Shown piece after piece: positions 12,501 through 48,309 of a DNA stretch of 64,000 nucleotides. The stretch's first letter is position 1. The number at the start of each line of letters is the position of its first letter. The stretch is from Macrostomum lignano (taxonomy: Eukaryota): contig NIVC01002870.1 of NCBI GenBank assembly GCA_002269645.1, positions 62,001 to 126,000 on the forward strand. Direction: 5' to 3'. The notes under the pieces are model-generated. The model was not told where the DNA came from. It did not search any database and saw only the letters and a program-made list of their open reading frames with translations. A program made the translations under genes and the position numbers.

Positions 12501-15322
12501 TTATGATTTTTACTTGGCGCTTCTATGATTGTTCACATGACGCTTCTATGATTTTTTACATGACGCTTCTATGATTGTTTACATGACGCTTCTAGGATTG
12601 TTTACATGACGCTTCTATGATTGTTTACATGACGCTTCTAGGATTGTTTACATGACGCTTCTATGATTGTTTACATGACGCTTCTATGATTGTTTACATG
12701 ACGCTTTTATGATTTTTACTTGGCGCTTCTATGATTGTTTACATGACGCTTCTATGATTGTTTACATGACGCTTCTATGATTGTTTACATGACGCTTCTA
12801 TGATTGTTTACATGACGCTTTTATGATTTTTACTTGGCGCTTCTATGATTGTTTACATGACGCTTCTATGATTTTTTACATGACGCTTCTAGGATTGTTT
12901 ACATGACGCTTCTATGATTGTTTACATGACGCTTCTATGATTGTTTCATGACGCTTCTATGATTGTTTACATGACGCTTCAAGGATTTTTTACATGACGC
13001 TTCTACGATTTTGGCAGGACGATTCTATGATTTTACATGACGCTTCTATGATTTTTACATGTCGCTTTTATGATTTTTACATGGCGCTTCTATGATTGTT
13101 TACATGACGCTTCTATGATTGTTTACATGACGCTTCTATGATTTTTACATGACGCTTCTATGATTGTTTCATGACGCTTCTATGATTGGTTACATGACGC
13201 TTCTATGATTTTTACATGACGCTTCTATGATTGTTTATATGACGCTTCTATGATTGTTTACATGACGCTTCTATGATTGTTTCATGACGCTTCTATGATT
13301 GTTTCATGACGCTTCTATGATTGTTTACATGACGCTTCTATGATTTTGACATGACGCTTCTATGATTGTTTACATGACGCTTCTATGATTGTTTACATGA
13401 CGCTTCTATGATTTTTACATGGCGCTTCTATGATTGTTTACATGACGCTTCTATGATTGTTTACATGACGCTTCTATGATTTTTATACGATGCTTCTATG
13501 ATTTTTTAAATGACGCATCTATGATTTTTATATGACGCTTCTATGATTTTTACATGACGCTTCTATGATTTTTACATTACGCTTCTATGATTGTTTACAT
13601 GACGCTTCTATGATTGTTTACATGACGCTTTTATGATTTTTACTTGGCGCTTCTATGATTGTTTACATGACGCTTCTATGATTGTTTACATGACGCTTCT
13701 ATGATTGTTTACATGACGCTTTTATGATTTTTACTTGGCGCTTCTATGATTGTTTACATGACGCTTCTATGATTTTTTACATGACGCTTCTAGGATTGTT
13801 TACATGACGCTTCTAAGATTGTTTACATGACGCTTCTATGATTGTTTCATGACGCTTCTATGATTGTTTACATGACGCTTCAAGGATTTTTTACATGACG
13901 CTTCTACGATTTTGGCAGGACGATTCTATGATTTTACATGACGCTTCTATGATTTTTACATGTCGCTTTTATGATTTTTACATGGCGCTTCTATGATTGT
14001 TTACATGACGCTTCTATGATTGTTTACATGACGCTTCTATGATTTTTACATGACGCTTCTATGATTGTTTCATGACGCTTCTATGATTGGTTACATGACG
14101 CTTCTATGATTTTTACATGACGCTTCTATGATTGTTTATATGACGCTTCTATGATTGTTTACATGACGCTTCTATGATTTTGACATGACGCTTCTATGAT
14201 TGTTTACATGACGCTTCTATGATTGTTTACATGACGCTTCTATGATTTTTACATGGCGCTTCTATGATTGTTTACATGACGCTTCTATGATTGTTTACAT
14301 GACGCTTCTATGATTTTTATACGATGCTTCTATGATTTTTTAAATGACGCATCTATGATTTTTATATGACGCTTCTATGATTTTTACATGGCGCTTCTAT
14401 GATTGTTTACATGACGCTTCTATGATTGTTTACATGACGCTTCTATGATTGTTTACATGACGCTTTTATGATTTTTACTTGGCGCTTCTATGATTGTTTA
14501 CATGACGCTTCTATGATTGTTTACATGACGCTTCTATGATTGTTTACATGACGCTTCTATGATTGTTTACATGACGCTTTTATGATTTTTACTTGGCGCT
14601 TCTATGATTGTTTACATGACGCTTCTATGATTTTTTACATGACGCTTCTAGGATTGTTTACATGACGCTTCTATGATTGTTTACATGACGCTTCTATGAT
14701 TGTTTCATGACGCTTCTATGATTGTTTACATGACGCTTCAAGGATTTTTTACATGACGCTTCTACGATTTTGGCAGGACGATTCTATGATTTTACATGAC
14801 GCTTCTATGATTTTTACATGTCGCTTTTATGATTTTTACATGGCGCTTCTATGATTGTTTACATGACGCTTCTATGATTGTTTACATGACGCTTCTATGA
14901 TTTTTACATGACGCTTCTATGATTGTTTCATGACGCTTCTATGATTGGTTACATGACGCTTCTATGATTTTTACATGACGCTTCTATGATTGTTTATATG
15001 ACGCTTCTATGATTGTTTACATGACGCTTCTATGATTGTTTCATGACGCTTCTATGATTGTTTCATGACGCTTCTATGATTGTTTACATGACGCTTCTAT
15101 GATTTTGACATGACGCTTCTATGATTGTTTACATGACGCTTCTATGATTGTTTACATGACGCTTCTATGATTTTTACATGGCGCTTCTATGATTGTTTAC
15201 ATGACGCTTCTATGATTGTTTACATGACGCTTCTATGATTTTTATACGATGCTTCTATGATTTTTTAAATGACGCATCTATGATTTTTATATGACGCTTC
15301 TATGATTTTTACATGACGCTTC
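9570..15322. repeat. 22-23-bp satellite (catgacgcttctatgattgttta), ~5.7 kb, with higher-order structure
   Basis: About 250 tandem units; the variant marker ttggcagga recurs at ~10759, 11881, 13011, 13911 and 14771. Confidence 0.97.
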
Positions 15323-15856
15323 TTTTTAAAAAGTCTTTTAGTTTTCCTGACGTTGAAAAGCTTTAATTGAAAAAATTATATTCTATGAAAATTCGAACCA
15401 TCGTCGCTGCATTTATCAAATTTTGCACATATATATATAATTCAACAGTTTAAAATCCAAGCATAGAGTAAATCACACGAAGCAGTTATGACATAATCAG
15501 TTTCTCAGTCAGTCAGTATCAGTTAACAATATGGTTACGCAATTTAAATCAAGTCTGGTGCTAGGCTTCCACACTGCATTTTCAATTCAAGTCAGAGTTA
15601 CAATTCAGTTATGATGCAATCTATTTCAGAGTCAGAATTCAACCAGTCAGTTTTTTCTCTAGCATTCTTACAATGCATTTCAAGTCAAAAAGTTTGCTTG
15701 ACCTTTGCAAAAAAGCATGTTTTTCGAATATTTAATGCCTCTAGCATTGAGCAATTTCTTAGCCACGATGCATGTACCGTCACGGGAAAATTTCTGATCG
15801 AACAGTGCAAGTTCGAACAAAATCGGTCCAGCCATTTTTTCTCTAATCGATCACAT

Positions 15857-15894
15857 AGATAGATAGATAGATAGATAGATAGACACAGACAGAC
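15857..15894. repeat. (GATA)n/(GACA) microsatellite
   Basis: Read directly. Confidence 0.85.
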
Positions 15895-16086
15895 CATTTT
15901 TAGTATATTGGACTAGTGCCCCTATTGGGGAGCCAATAGAGAGTTGAATTATAATTTTTTTCAAATAAACTACAAGTGTATTTGTAGGTTCTGACCTTTG
16001 CATTGATCTTATTGCAGCCAATGGCCATTATTGTATATAGCATTTGGTGCAGATTGGCTCTCATTATTGCAAGTATAATCTGGCAT

Positions 16087-16388
16087 CATACATGCGCAAC
16101 CTCCAAAATTCGGTCAGCCATGCGACTTAGTTTTAACAAAAATGCGACATAGTTTTTGGCCAAAAATGTGACTTACATGTAAAAAAACACTAAAGCAAAG
16201 TTAACGCAATTTTGGGTAAACGGCAGGAGTAACTATAACTATCTTATTAAGTCAAAATGCCTCGTCAGCTACTTAGTACTACCTACTACTTTGTAATTTT
16301 TTCAGGTAGGCATTTTTGCGACTTTCTTGATTGGCCGCCAAATTGGTCAGCCAGATTGGCCAACTTGGCCGACTGTTGCGCATGTATG
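16087..16388. mobile_element. MITE, 302 bp, 14-bp perfect TIR CATACATGCGCAAC, 8-bp TSD (hAT- or P-type)
   Basis: TIRs at 16087-16100 and 16375-16388; identical flanks TCTGGCAT at 16079-16086 and 16389-16396. Confidence 0.9.
16214..16277 (+). pseudogene. Degenerate 64-bp 28S rRNA fragment (region containing the R2/I-PpoI site)
   Basis: Ungapped 52/64 match, counted by hand, to the conserved eukaryotic 28S sequence GGGTAAACGGCGGGAGTAACTATGACTCTCTTAAGGTAGCCAAATGCCTCGTCATCTAATTAGT. Confidence 0.85.
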
Positions 16389-17338
16389 TCTGGCATATTG
16401 GTGTGGTTTGGTGCAGGAAAAGGGGGTGTCAGTGCAATTTAGACCTTGGCTACAATAGGAAGCCTTGGTTGATTTCGAAGCAATTCCTCAAATAAACCTT
16501 GTTATCTTAGTAATTTTCTAAGTAATCTTGTATGTTCAACATGAAATTTCTTTTACTTTTAACATGATGCTTTTTCATGATATACCTATTAAAAAAAGTT
16601 TTGAAAACCCATAGACATATGATAGCAATGCAAAAAAGTAGCTCAAATACATGACACACAAGACAAAAGTATGAAAAATGTGATGCAATACAACATTGAC
16701 ATTGCAGATGAACTAAAATACAAAAATAATGATCTGAAAAGTTACAAAACATGGTGGGTAATGACAGAACAACCAATATAAAAACAAAAAAATCTGAAAT
16801 TCTATACTTAAGTATCAAATAACAACTGTTATTCTTGCAATGTTGCATGTGCTATGCTTTTGGAACTGTAGCCTATCAATCGTAAAAGACATTGCCTGCA
16901 TTTTTTGAACCCACAATTTGACATCAAAAAAATATTTAAAATACAATAGACAACCATCTATAATTTGTTTACTTATTCTATTAGGGCATGATATTATGTT
17001 TAAAATAGGGTTTAACAGTTATTTTATATTTGACTTGATGATTCTTTAAGTCTTGATATGATAATTCTTTTATATTAAATTATATGATACTTCTTTTGTG
17101 GTAAATATGATGCTTCTTTTACATTTAACATAACAAGGTCTAATGATACATACATAGCAATAATAATAACAATATATGAACATTAATAGAAAAACTATAT
17201 AGTAAAATATAATATATATATATAAATGATTTAAATCATTTGACATTTAGGAATTAAGACAGAAAAGATTATAAATAAGTTGGCCTACATTTATAAAGCT
17301 TTATAAAGATATTTAGCTTATTTAAAACTAGGCAAAAT

Positions 17339-17510
17339 CATGCTTAGATGCAACCTAGGGATTTACCTAGCCATTTTTATTGGCAACACATATATGTAAG
17401 TTGCTATTGGACAGAATAGCAGTCATGTGACTACTCTCAGCCAATAGTGACTTACATGTGTATGTTGCCAATAGAAACAGCCGAGTGATTCCCAAGGTTG
17501 CGCATGTATG
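17339..17510. mobile_element. Palindromic MITE of the same TIR family (172 bp)
   Basis: The right end AGGTTGCGCATGTATG is the reverse complement of the 16087 TIR. The element folds back about a GTCA(T)GTGAC centre. Flanks GGCAAAAT / GGTAAAAT match at 7/8. Confidence 0.75.
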
Positions 17511-18912
17511 GGTAAAATACTTGATTAGACTTTATAAGCAAGACTCATAAGAGAATGGCGCATGACTAAAACTATTATACACTATTATACTAAGACTACC
17601 ATAGCTATTATTAGCTATTGGTACTCATATTGAGGGGAGCTACTAAAGCATTGCTATTCTTTTTGTAGGTTACTTTCTTGCAGCCTTGTCTTACTAGCTT
17701 TCCTACCTACTTATCTCCTTTCTAACATTATCTAATATTGGGGGCAATAACACATTGAGCCAAATTCCTTCCCTAGCTCCCTAAAGAGTGGCAGACTTGG
17801 TGTGTAGCCTAGGCCCTACTTCACAAAATGGCCTATGGCTTTAGTTTTACAAAACGACTTAGGCCTATAAATTAATAGGCCTATATCTATATTCTAAATA
17901 TAACTAACAAGTCACAAGTGCAATAAAATTATATAAATGCTTGAATATCAATAAAAACATTAAATTATCTTAGAATTGAATATATTGAATAAGATGATTA
18001 TTTCTGCATTCTGCTTAAAACCACAATGCAATGCCAATACTAACTTGGCTATTATCAAAAGGGTCTTTTTCTTACTAAAATAACTTTTGCTTGCCACTGA
18101 AACAACTGTCATGGAATTGGAAACATCTTGTTACCAAAATGACTGTAATCTGATGAATAATACATGAATAATAATTTTTAATAATTTGAATAATAATAGA
18201 AATCAGCCATACTCATACTCTGTACTTTGTAGTTGACTCTCCTATTTATTCATGTAGTAGTGATATAATTGTAAAAAATCTTTATAGGCTAGCGATATAT
18301 AACGATATTTAATGTTAAATCACACTGAGTTACTTCTTATATATATCAGGGCTAGATATCTACTCTACTCTCTAGGCCTACTCTGTCTAACAGTTGCTAA
18401 AAACTACAGTAACCTCTCCTCTCACTGGCACTGCTCGTCTAGAAGCATGTGATTTCGTATTTTGCTGATACTTTCCTTAAATTTTTGGGTTTTATTGCAT
18501 AAAAATATGTTAATTACAAAACCATAGTTCTAATTGATAAGCTCAGTATTTGTTTTTATCTTTACTGTCAAAGTGTAAAAAACAAAATTTTGTTATAACC
18601 TAAAGCGAAAATCTTTAAAACTTTTGAAATTTTCGCTGACGTTAACAGACTGCACTGTGGGACTTAGGCAGTCGTATGGAATAGTATATGCTAAGTTTTC
18701 TTTTTTTCTTTAGTCACTAATACTCTTCACTTGGAACTGAATCCCTTACCTAAATAAAATGCACTTCGCTGCTTAAAACTATTCGACAGTCACTTCGGAA
18801 GTAATGAATTTCCAGTAGCCATTGTAAAAATCAAGCCATAATTAGCATCCGTCTACTCAGCTGTTTGTGTAAAAACTGGCTATTGAGCAAAGTTTTATAA
18901 CCTTGAAATAAT

Positions 18913-21542
18913 ATGGACTTTAAAAAAATTGCCGGAGGAATTACAGCTTCGATAAATCGGGCAGTTCAGGTAATTTTTCATTATTTTTGTTCCGTCTTTT
19001 TTACAGATTCATTTATTATTAAGATATTTAATTATAATAGGACAAATTAAATAAAAAATTAAAATACTTTGACAATCAACTTTCTCGAATGATTTACATA
19101 AATACTGTATTTTCTATGAATAAAGTTTCGGTTTATATTCTTTGATTTTTTGATTACAGCTCACAGAAGAGAAACTGGGACAGACTGAGCGCACTCAATA
19201 TGACGCTGAGTTTGAGGCGCTCCTGCTGCTGGCCGACCGCTCCGAGAAGTGGACGGAGCGCATGGCCAAGACGTCCGAGGCCGTGATGCAGCCCAACCCG
19301 GCCTACCGGGTGGAGGATTTCTTCAGCGGCAAGCTGGAAGCTGCCGGGCACCGGCGTCGGGAGCGGCCCTCGCCGCTCGAGGAGCTGGGCAGCGCGCTGG
19401 TGGCTGCCAGCAGCGAGATCGGCGGCATTGGAGTCGACGAAGGCGGCGGCGGCGGGATCAAGTTTACTGCGCAGGTGACTGTGGGAGTGATAAGACATCC
19501 CTCAATAGCACACAAGAAGCCTGTTGGGGGATCCCCATTTCCTGTAGCTCATAATCCCTATTTCCTGTAACTCATAGTCTCCAATTCCTGTAGCTCATAA
19601 TCCCCCAATTCCTGTAGCTCATAATCCCCAATTCCTGTAGCTCATAATCCCCAATTCCTGTAGCTCATAATCCCCATTTCCTATAGCTCATAATCCCCAA
19701 CTCCTGTAGCTCATAATCCCCAACTCCTGTAGCACAAAACCCCATTTCCTGTAGCTCATAGTCCCCATTTCCTGTAGCTCATAGTCCCCATTTCCTGTAG
19801 CTCATAGTCCCCATTTCCTGTAGCTCATAGTCCCCATTTCCTGTAGCTCATAGTCCCCAGTTCCTGTAGCTCATAGTCCCCAGTTCCTGTAGCTCATAGT
19901 CCCCAATTCCTGTAGCTCATAATCCCCAATTCCTGTAGCTCATAATCCCCAATTCCTGTAGCTCATAATCCCCAATTCCTGTAGCTCAAGGTCCCCAGTT
20001 CCTGTAGCTCATAGTCCCCAGTTCCTGTAGCTCATAATCCCCGATTCCTGTAGCACAAAACCCCATTTCCTGTAGCTCATAGTCCCCATTTCCTGTAGCT
20101 CATAATCCCCATTTCCTGTAGCTAATAACCCCCATTTCCTGTAGCTCATAGTCCCCATTTCCTGTAGCTCATAATCCCCAATTCCTGTAGCTAATAACCC
20201 CCATTTCCTGTAGCTCATAGTCCCCATTTCCTGTGTACTTCAGAATGTCATTTCTGCAGCTCAACATCTCCATCATCTGTGGTTCGAATCCTTTAATTTC
20301 ACCCAGCCAGAATCCGAAATTCCTCTTCTTCCCAAAGGCTTCATCAGATGGCGCCGCCGCCACGGCCCGCTACGCGAAGTCGCTGGCGTTGGCGGGCCAC
20401 GCTGAGCTGCGCCTCGCCCAGCTGGAGGCGGACTTCTTGGCCAGCTGCGGCAGCGCCTTTGTCGCTCCGCTGCGCGCCCATCTGGCTGGCGATGCGCGCT
20501 CGCTGCGTAAAGAGCGCCGGTCGCTGGAGATTTTCCGATTGGATCTTGACTGGGCCAGGACCAGGCTGCGCAGGTGCGGTGATGATGAGGCGGCGAGGAG
20601 AGCGGTGAGTGGAGCACTGAAGCTGTACAGTTCTGAATACAAGGGCGGATCTAGAAGCTTATAATGCTGCCCGCTTACTAAATAATAGCGGCGCTTAATG
20701 AATGATAGCGGCGCTTACTGAAACTACAATAGGTGTTAAGGAATGATAGCGGCGCTTACTGAAAAGACAGTGGCACTTACTGAATAATAAAGGCTCTTAC
20801 TGAATGACAGGGGCGCTTACTGAAATGATAGCAAAGCTTACTGAAACGAGAATAGTGCTTAATGAATGATAGCGGCGCTTACTGAATGACAGTGGCGCTT
20901 ACTGAATGACAGCGGCGCTTACTGGAATGACAGTGGCGCTTACTGAATGACAGCGGCGCTTACTGGGATGACAGTGGCGCTTACTGAATGATAGCGGCGC
21001 TTACTGAATGACAGCGGCGCTTACTGAATGACAGTGGCGCTTACTGAATGATAGCGGCGCTTACTGAATGATAGCGGTGATTACTATACCAGCACTTACT
21101 GTAGAATTAGTTGGGTAGCAGCGCTTACTGTAGGATTTGGAAGATAGTGGCGCTTTCTGAAGAATGGTGAGTGCGGCGGCGCTTACCAAAACGTTTTGAA
21201 TGTCCTACCAATCTACTACTGCAAGTAAGTGAATTGGAAATTTCAGGCAGAACAGGAGTGCGACAAAATGGAGGCGGAATTTGAGCATCAGTTGCGAGTA
21301 ACCCGACTGCTTTTAGAAGGAGTCAACGCTACTCATGTGAGCACAGCGCTTTCATTGAGGTGAAATTGTCGACTAGTATATTTTGCTTCGATTATTTACA
21401 ATTCATATCTCTACACGTCACCATCAAGGACTACCACCTGAACTGCCTGAACGAGTTGGTGGCAGCTCAGCTGAACTACCACTCCGAGTGCCTGAATCGG
21501 CTGCAGCAGCTTCAGAGACAAATGGCCGACAAGACTGAATAA
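18913..21542 (+). CDS. SH3GLB1: Endophilin B-like N-BAR protein, 280 aa, no SH3 domain
   Basis: Exons 18913-18969, 19160-19474, 20338-20604, 21247-21336 and 21429-21542, all phase 0 and GT-AG. MDFKKIAGGITASINRAVQLTEEKLGQTERTQYD, QPNPAYRVEDF, KERRSLEIFRLDLD, TRLLLEGVNATH and HLNCLNELVAAQLNYHSEC are collinear with endophilin B. The symbol indicates the family (B1/B2 cannot be resolved). Confidence 0.9.
19534..20233. repeat. 23-bp intronic minisatellite (tcctgtagctcataatccccaat)
   Basis: About 30 copies. Confidence 0.92.
20665..21075. repeat. ~20-bp intronic minisatellite (gcggcgcttactgaatgaca)
   Basis: Tandem copies with degenerate edges. Confidence 0.88.
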
Positions 21543-22504
21543 AGTTTTGCCCGTTTCTCTACTTGCAGTAGCAAGTTGAGCGTTTTTTATCCAATTTCTG
21601 GATGCCAGTTCAACTGAAAGCCGACTATACTAAATGACATTAAGGCGTTAAGCGAAAGATGTCTAACTGAACACTTCCAAAAATAGCAGCTTTGAATCAC
21701 GGCTTCTTTTCCTTCTGATAACGCGTTTTTTACATTTATTTTGCTTTAATTAAATTTTGTTATACCTCGCTTCTTTATTTAAAAAAACTGTTGAATTTTG
21801 AATTTCAATTTAACCACGGTGAAACTAGTCCTGAGGTGCGGTGCAACTTTGCTTCCGTTTGACTATCGCGGGAAGACCACGCGATAATACTACTTACTGC
21901 GAGAGTAGCTTGAAGACATCGGTTGATACATTTTTGTTACATGTATGTACATGTATGCAGAAATGTATTTTTATTTATTTAATCTTATGACGGTAAATTG
22001 TGCTGCATTGAAATATTTTTTTTTTCATAAGAATAAGATGCTCATAAACTCTAAGTACTTTATTGCCTATTAAATATATCGTTTTAATCTCTATTTGAGC
22101 AGCTTTTTTGAATCAATTAGTATGCTCTAGACAAGGACTTCTATAATTAGCATCTGGAGTGGAAACGAGGTTTTGACTCCTTTGGATCTGTTGGGACATT
22201 TGATGGAATTCGCGGGAAAACCATCGAAAAGAAAAAGCCTAACAGGAACTGTCCTTCTCTTAAGCCACTTAGAATGACAAAATGCGCTGAGAGCACAGAG
22301 CCATAGACATTCAATGCTGGACTGACGTGTAAAAAATTAAATTAATCTTTCCACTCCAGATGCTGATTATAGAACTCCTTGGCTCTAGATAACGCATAGC
22401 GCTGAATGAGGTTTGGCCATAGACAAATTCTGTCGATAAAAATCCAGATTTCTCGAGAGCCTACTAGGAGCCTTAGCTCCCTGCCACGGAAATGAATAAA
22501 CGGG

Positions 22505-22807
22505 GAATAACTGATACTGATTACACCTGCCATAATGGGCAGATGCGCAACCAACAGCTCAGCCGCAGCTATTGCGCAACGCATCTGAAGGCTGCGTACG
22601 GCTGTTCAGTCCAAGGACTGGGGGTCGCCACACTCACCCTCAATTACCCCAGCTCATGCTGACACCCATTTTACAGCTGGGTGAACTGCAGCACTGCAAA
22701 GTTAAGTGTCTTGCTCAATGACACAAATTGTTGCAAGTGGGATCGGGAATCGAACCGCCGACCTTCAAGTCGTGAGTGCGAGGCTCTAACCACGAGGCTA
22801 CAACCCC
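22505..22807 (-). mobile_element. tRNA-derived CORE-SINE
   Basis: Minus-strand head GGGGTTGTAGCCTCGTGGTTAGAG...GGCGGTTCGATTCCCG has Pol III A and B boxes. It is followed by TGTGTCATTGAGCAAGACACTTAAC...CAGTTCACCCAGCTGTAAAATGGG (22727-22665), which aligns with the MIR/CORE consensus. The 3' boundary is approximate. Confidence 0.82.
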
Positions 22808-23770
22808 AAGAGTAAATGCACTAGCGTTAACGACAGATATGTGTACTATAAATCTACAATATCCGCCGAAATTTGTTCTGTGGAAATGAAAGTCCGAGAC
22901 TGCAGCGCAGCTATCCGGCCGAGGCGAAGCAGTCTTCTTGGACTCAATTTGAGGCCAGTTGTATGAAGTCTGACCATAGACTACGCGAAAGAGAGACATC
23001 CTACGGAAAAGAAAGGCCAAGTTAAATAAGCCATTAATCAGTTTCAGTACGGTAGGTTAAATGGCCTCCAGGTGGTTTCTAAGAAAATCGAGAGTAATCG
23101 AGAGTCCACGCTTCAAGTTCATAACTATGCTGGCAATAAATAATAAAAATAAGCTGTATTTATTGTTGTTATGCCCTCGAGAGCAAATCGGCGGCCAAGG
23201 CTTAGTGGATGCTGGTATTCGCATATATTTATTTGATATAATAATTTATCAGGTTTGCAACAGATCTACCAGCTCATAATTAAACAGCAGTTTATATCTT
23301 CACAGACGTTCAGATTCTCACTACTAGCTGGGAATATAAAAATAAATGTGTTGAGAGGGTTGCATACAATATAATGTGCTGTGTCCATGAGGTATGCTTT
23401 GTATTATTATGGAGAGCGAGAGAGAGAGAGAGCGAATTCGAAAAAGTGCCTCAAAACGTTTTGAAAAATAATAAAATTTGAACGTGCGCCAAAGTATGTT
23501 CAGTGCAGTAAAACAAATGAGCTTTAGTCAGATAGTATTGATTGCTGGGATTTTGGACTGTTATTTAGGGATAGCTCAGGGATTAGCGAGAATACAGGAA
23601 ATGAGATACATGTACTGCATACAGTGTAAAGTGCGGTCTGGTGCAAAATCACCCAATGCCAGTTTGCCTTATTCAATGCAGTCAGACAAGTTTTTTGAAG
23701 TCAGCGCATTGTTGCTTGCGACGGGCAAGATTGCCGCTATGACTTGCGAGTCTGGAAAATTAATTATCAT

Positions 23771-23885
23771 TGTAGCTAAACTGTCTGTAAGCTGTAGCTA
23801 AACTGTCTGTAAGCTGTAGCTAAACTGTCTGTAAGCTGTAGCTAAACTGTCTGTAAGCTGTAGCTACTGTAAACTGTCTGTAAGC
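23771..23885. repeat. 22-bp tandem repeat (tgtagctaaactgtctgtaagc)
   Basis: About 5 copies. Confidence 0.85.
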
Positions 23886-23921
23886 AATACCTGCAGCAGT
23901 CAACCGTCCGTGACGCACCTT

Positions 23922-47940
<24,019 letters not shown>

Positions 47941-48309
47941 GCTGACCCAGACTGCGAAACTCTGTCTCAGATGCAAGACTGCTCGGCGCGGAGCTGTCTT
48001 TCTTGCGTTAAAGATGAAATACAGTCCAAACTGGGCCAGAACTTCAGTACTATGGCGCACAGGGGGACCAGGCTTGCAAGCGAAGCCTATTGGCTCATAG
48101 AGGTGCAGCCAATAGGCATGCGGATTTTCAAACTCTTAGACAGATTCAGACTATAGTTGAGTTTGATGACATCATACGAGTAATCGCTGGCTAATGACCC
48201 GACTGACACCTTTGAAAGAGTACTGACATCCCTGCACCTGACACCTTGATTTGAGATGACATTTTGCTAGCGACCTGACAGACTACAGAGACCCAACATC
48301 CATTCGAGA

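Larger units (their letters stand above)
8436..15910 (+). mobile_element. Putative non-autonomous Helitron-like element (tandem ~460-bp units) carrying an internal satellite
   Basis: Starts ACTAG...ccccgttggggagccaa. Related units recur at ~8885, ~9365 and 15912. Ends with caagttcgaacaaaatcggtccagcc...(GATA)n(GACA)...ttttagtatatt, resembling Lep1-type Helitron 3' ends. Classification is by remembered motif similarity. Confidence 0.45.

Noticed and set aside
9570-15322. CRISPR-like regular array
   Set aside because: No unique spacers, no cas genes, and a eukaryotic context; it is a satellite.
18424-18448. Candidate RMI1 first exon ATGCTTCTAGACGAGCAGTGCCA|gtgaga (minus strand)
   Set aside because: Ends in phase 2, which is incompatible with the phase-0 acceptor at 8118.
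20281-20291. B-box-like ggttcgaatcc (also at ~6499)
   Set aside because: Isolated motif without tRNA structure; the second instance is RMI1 coding sequence.
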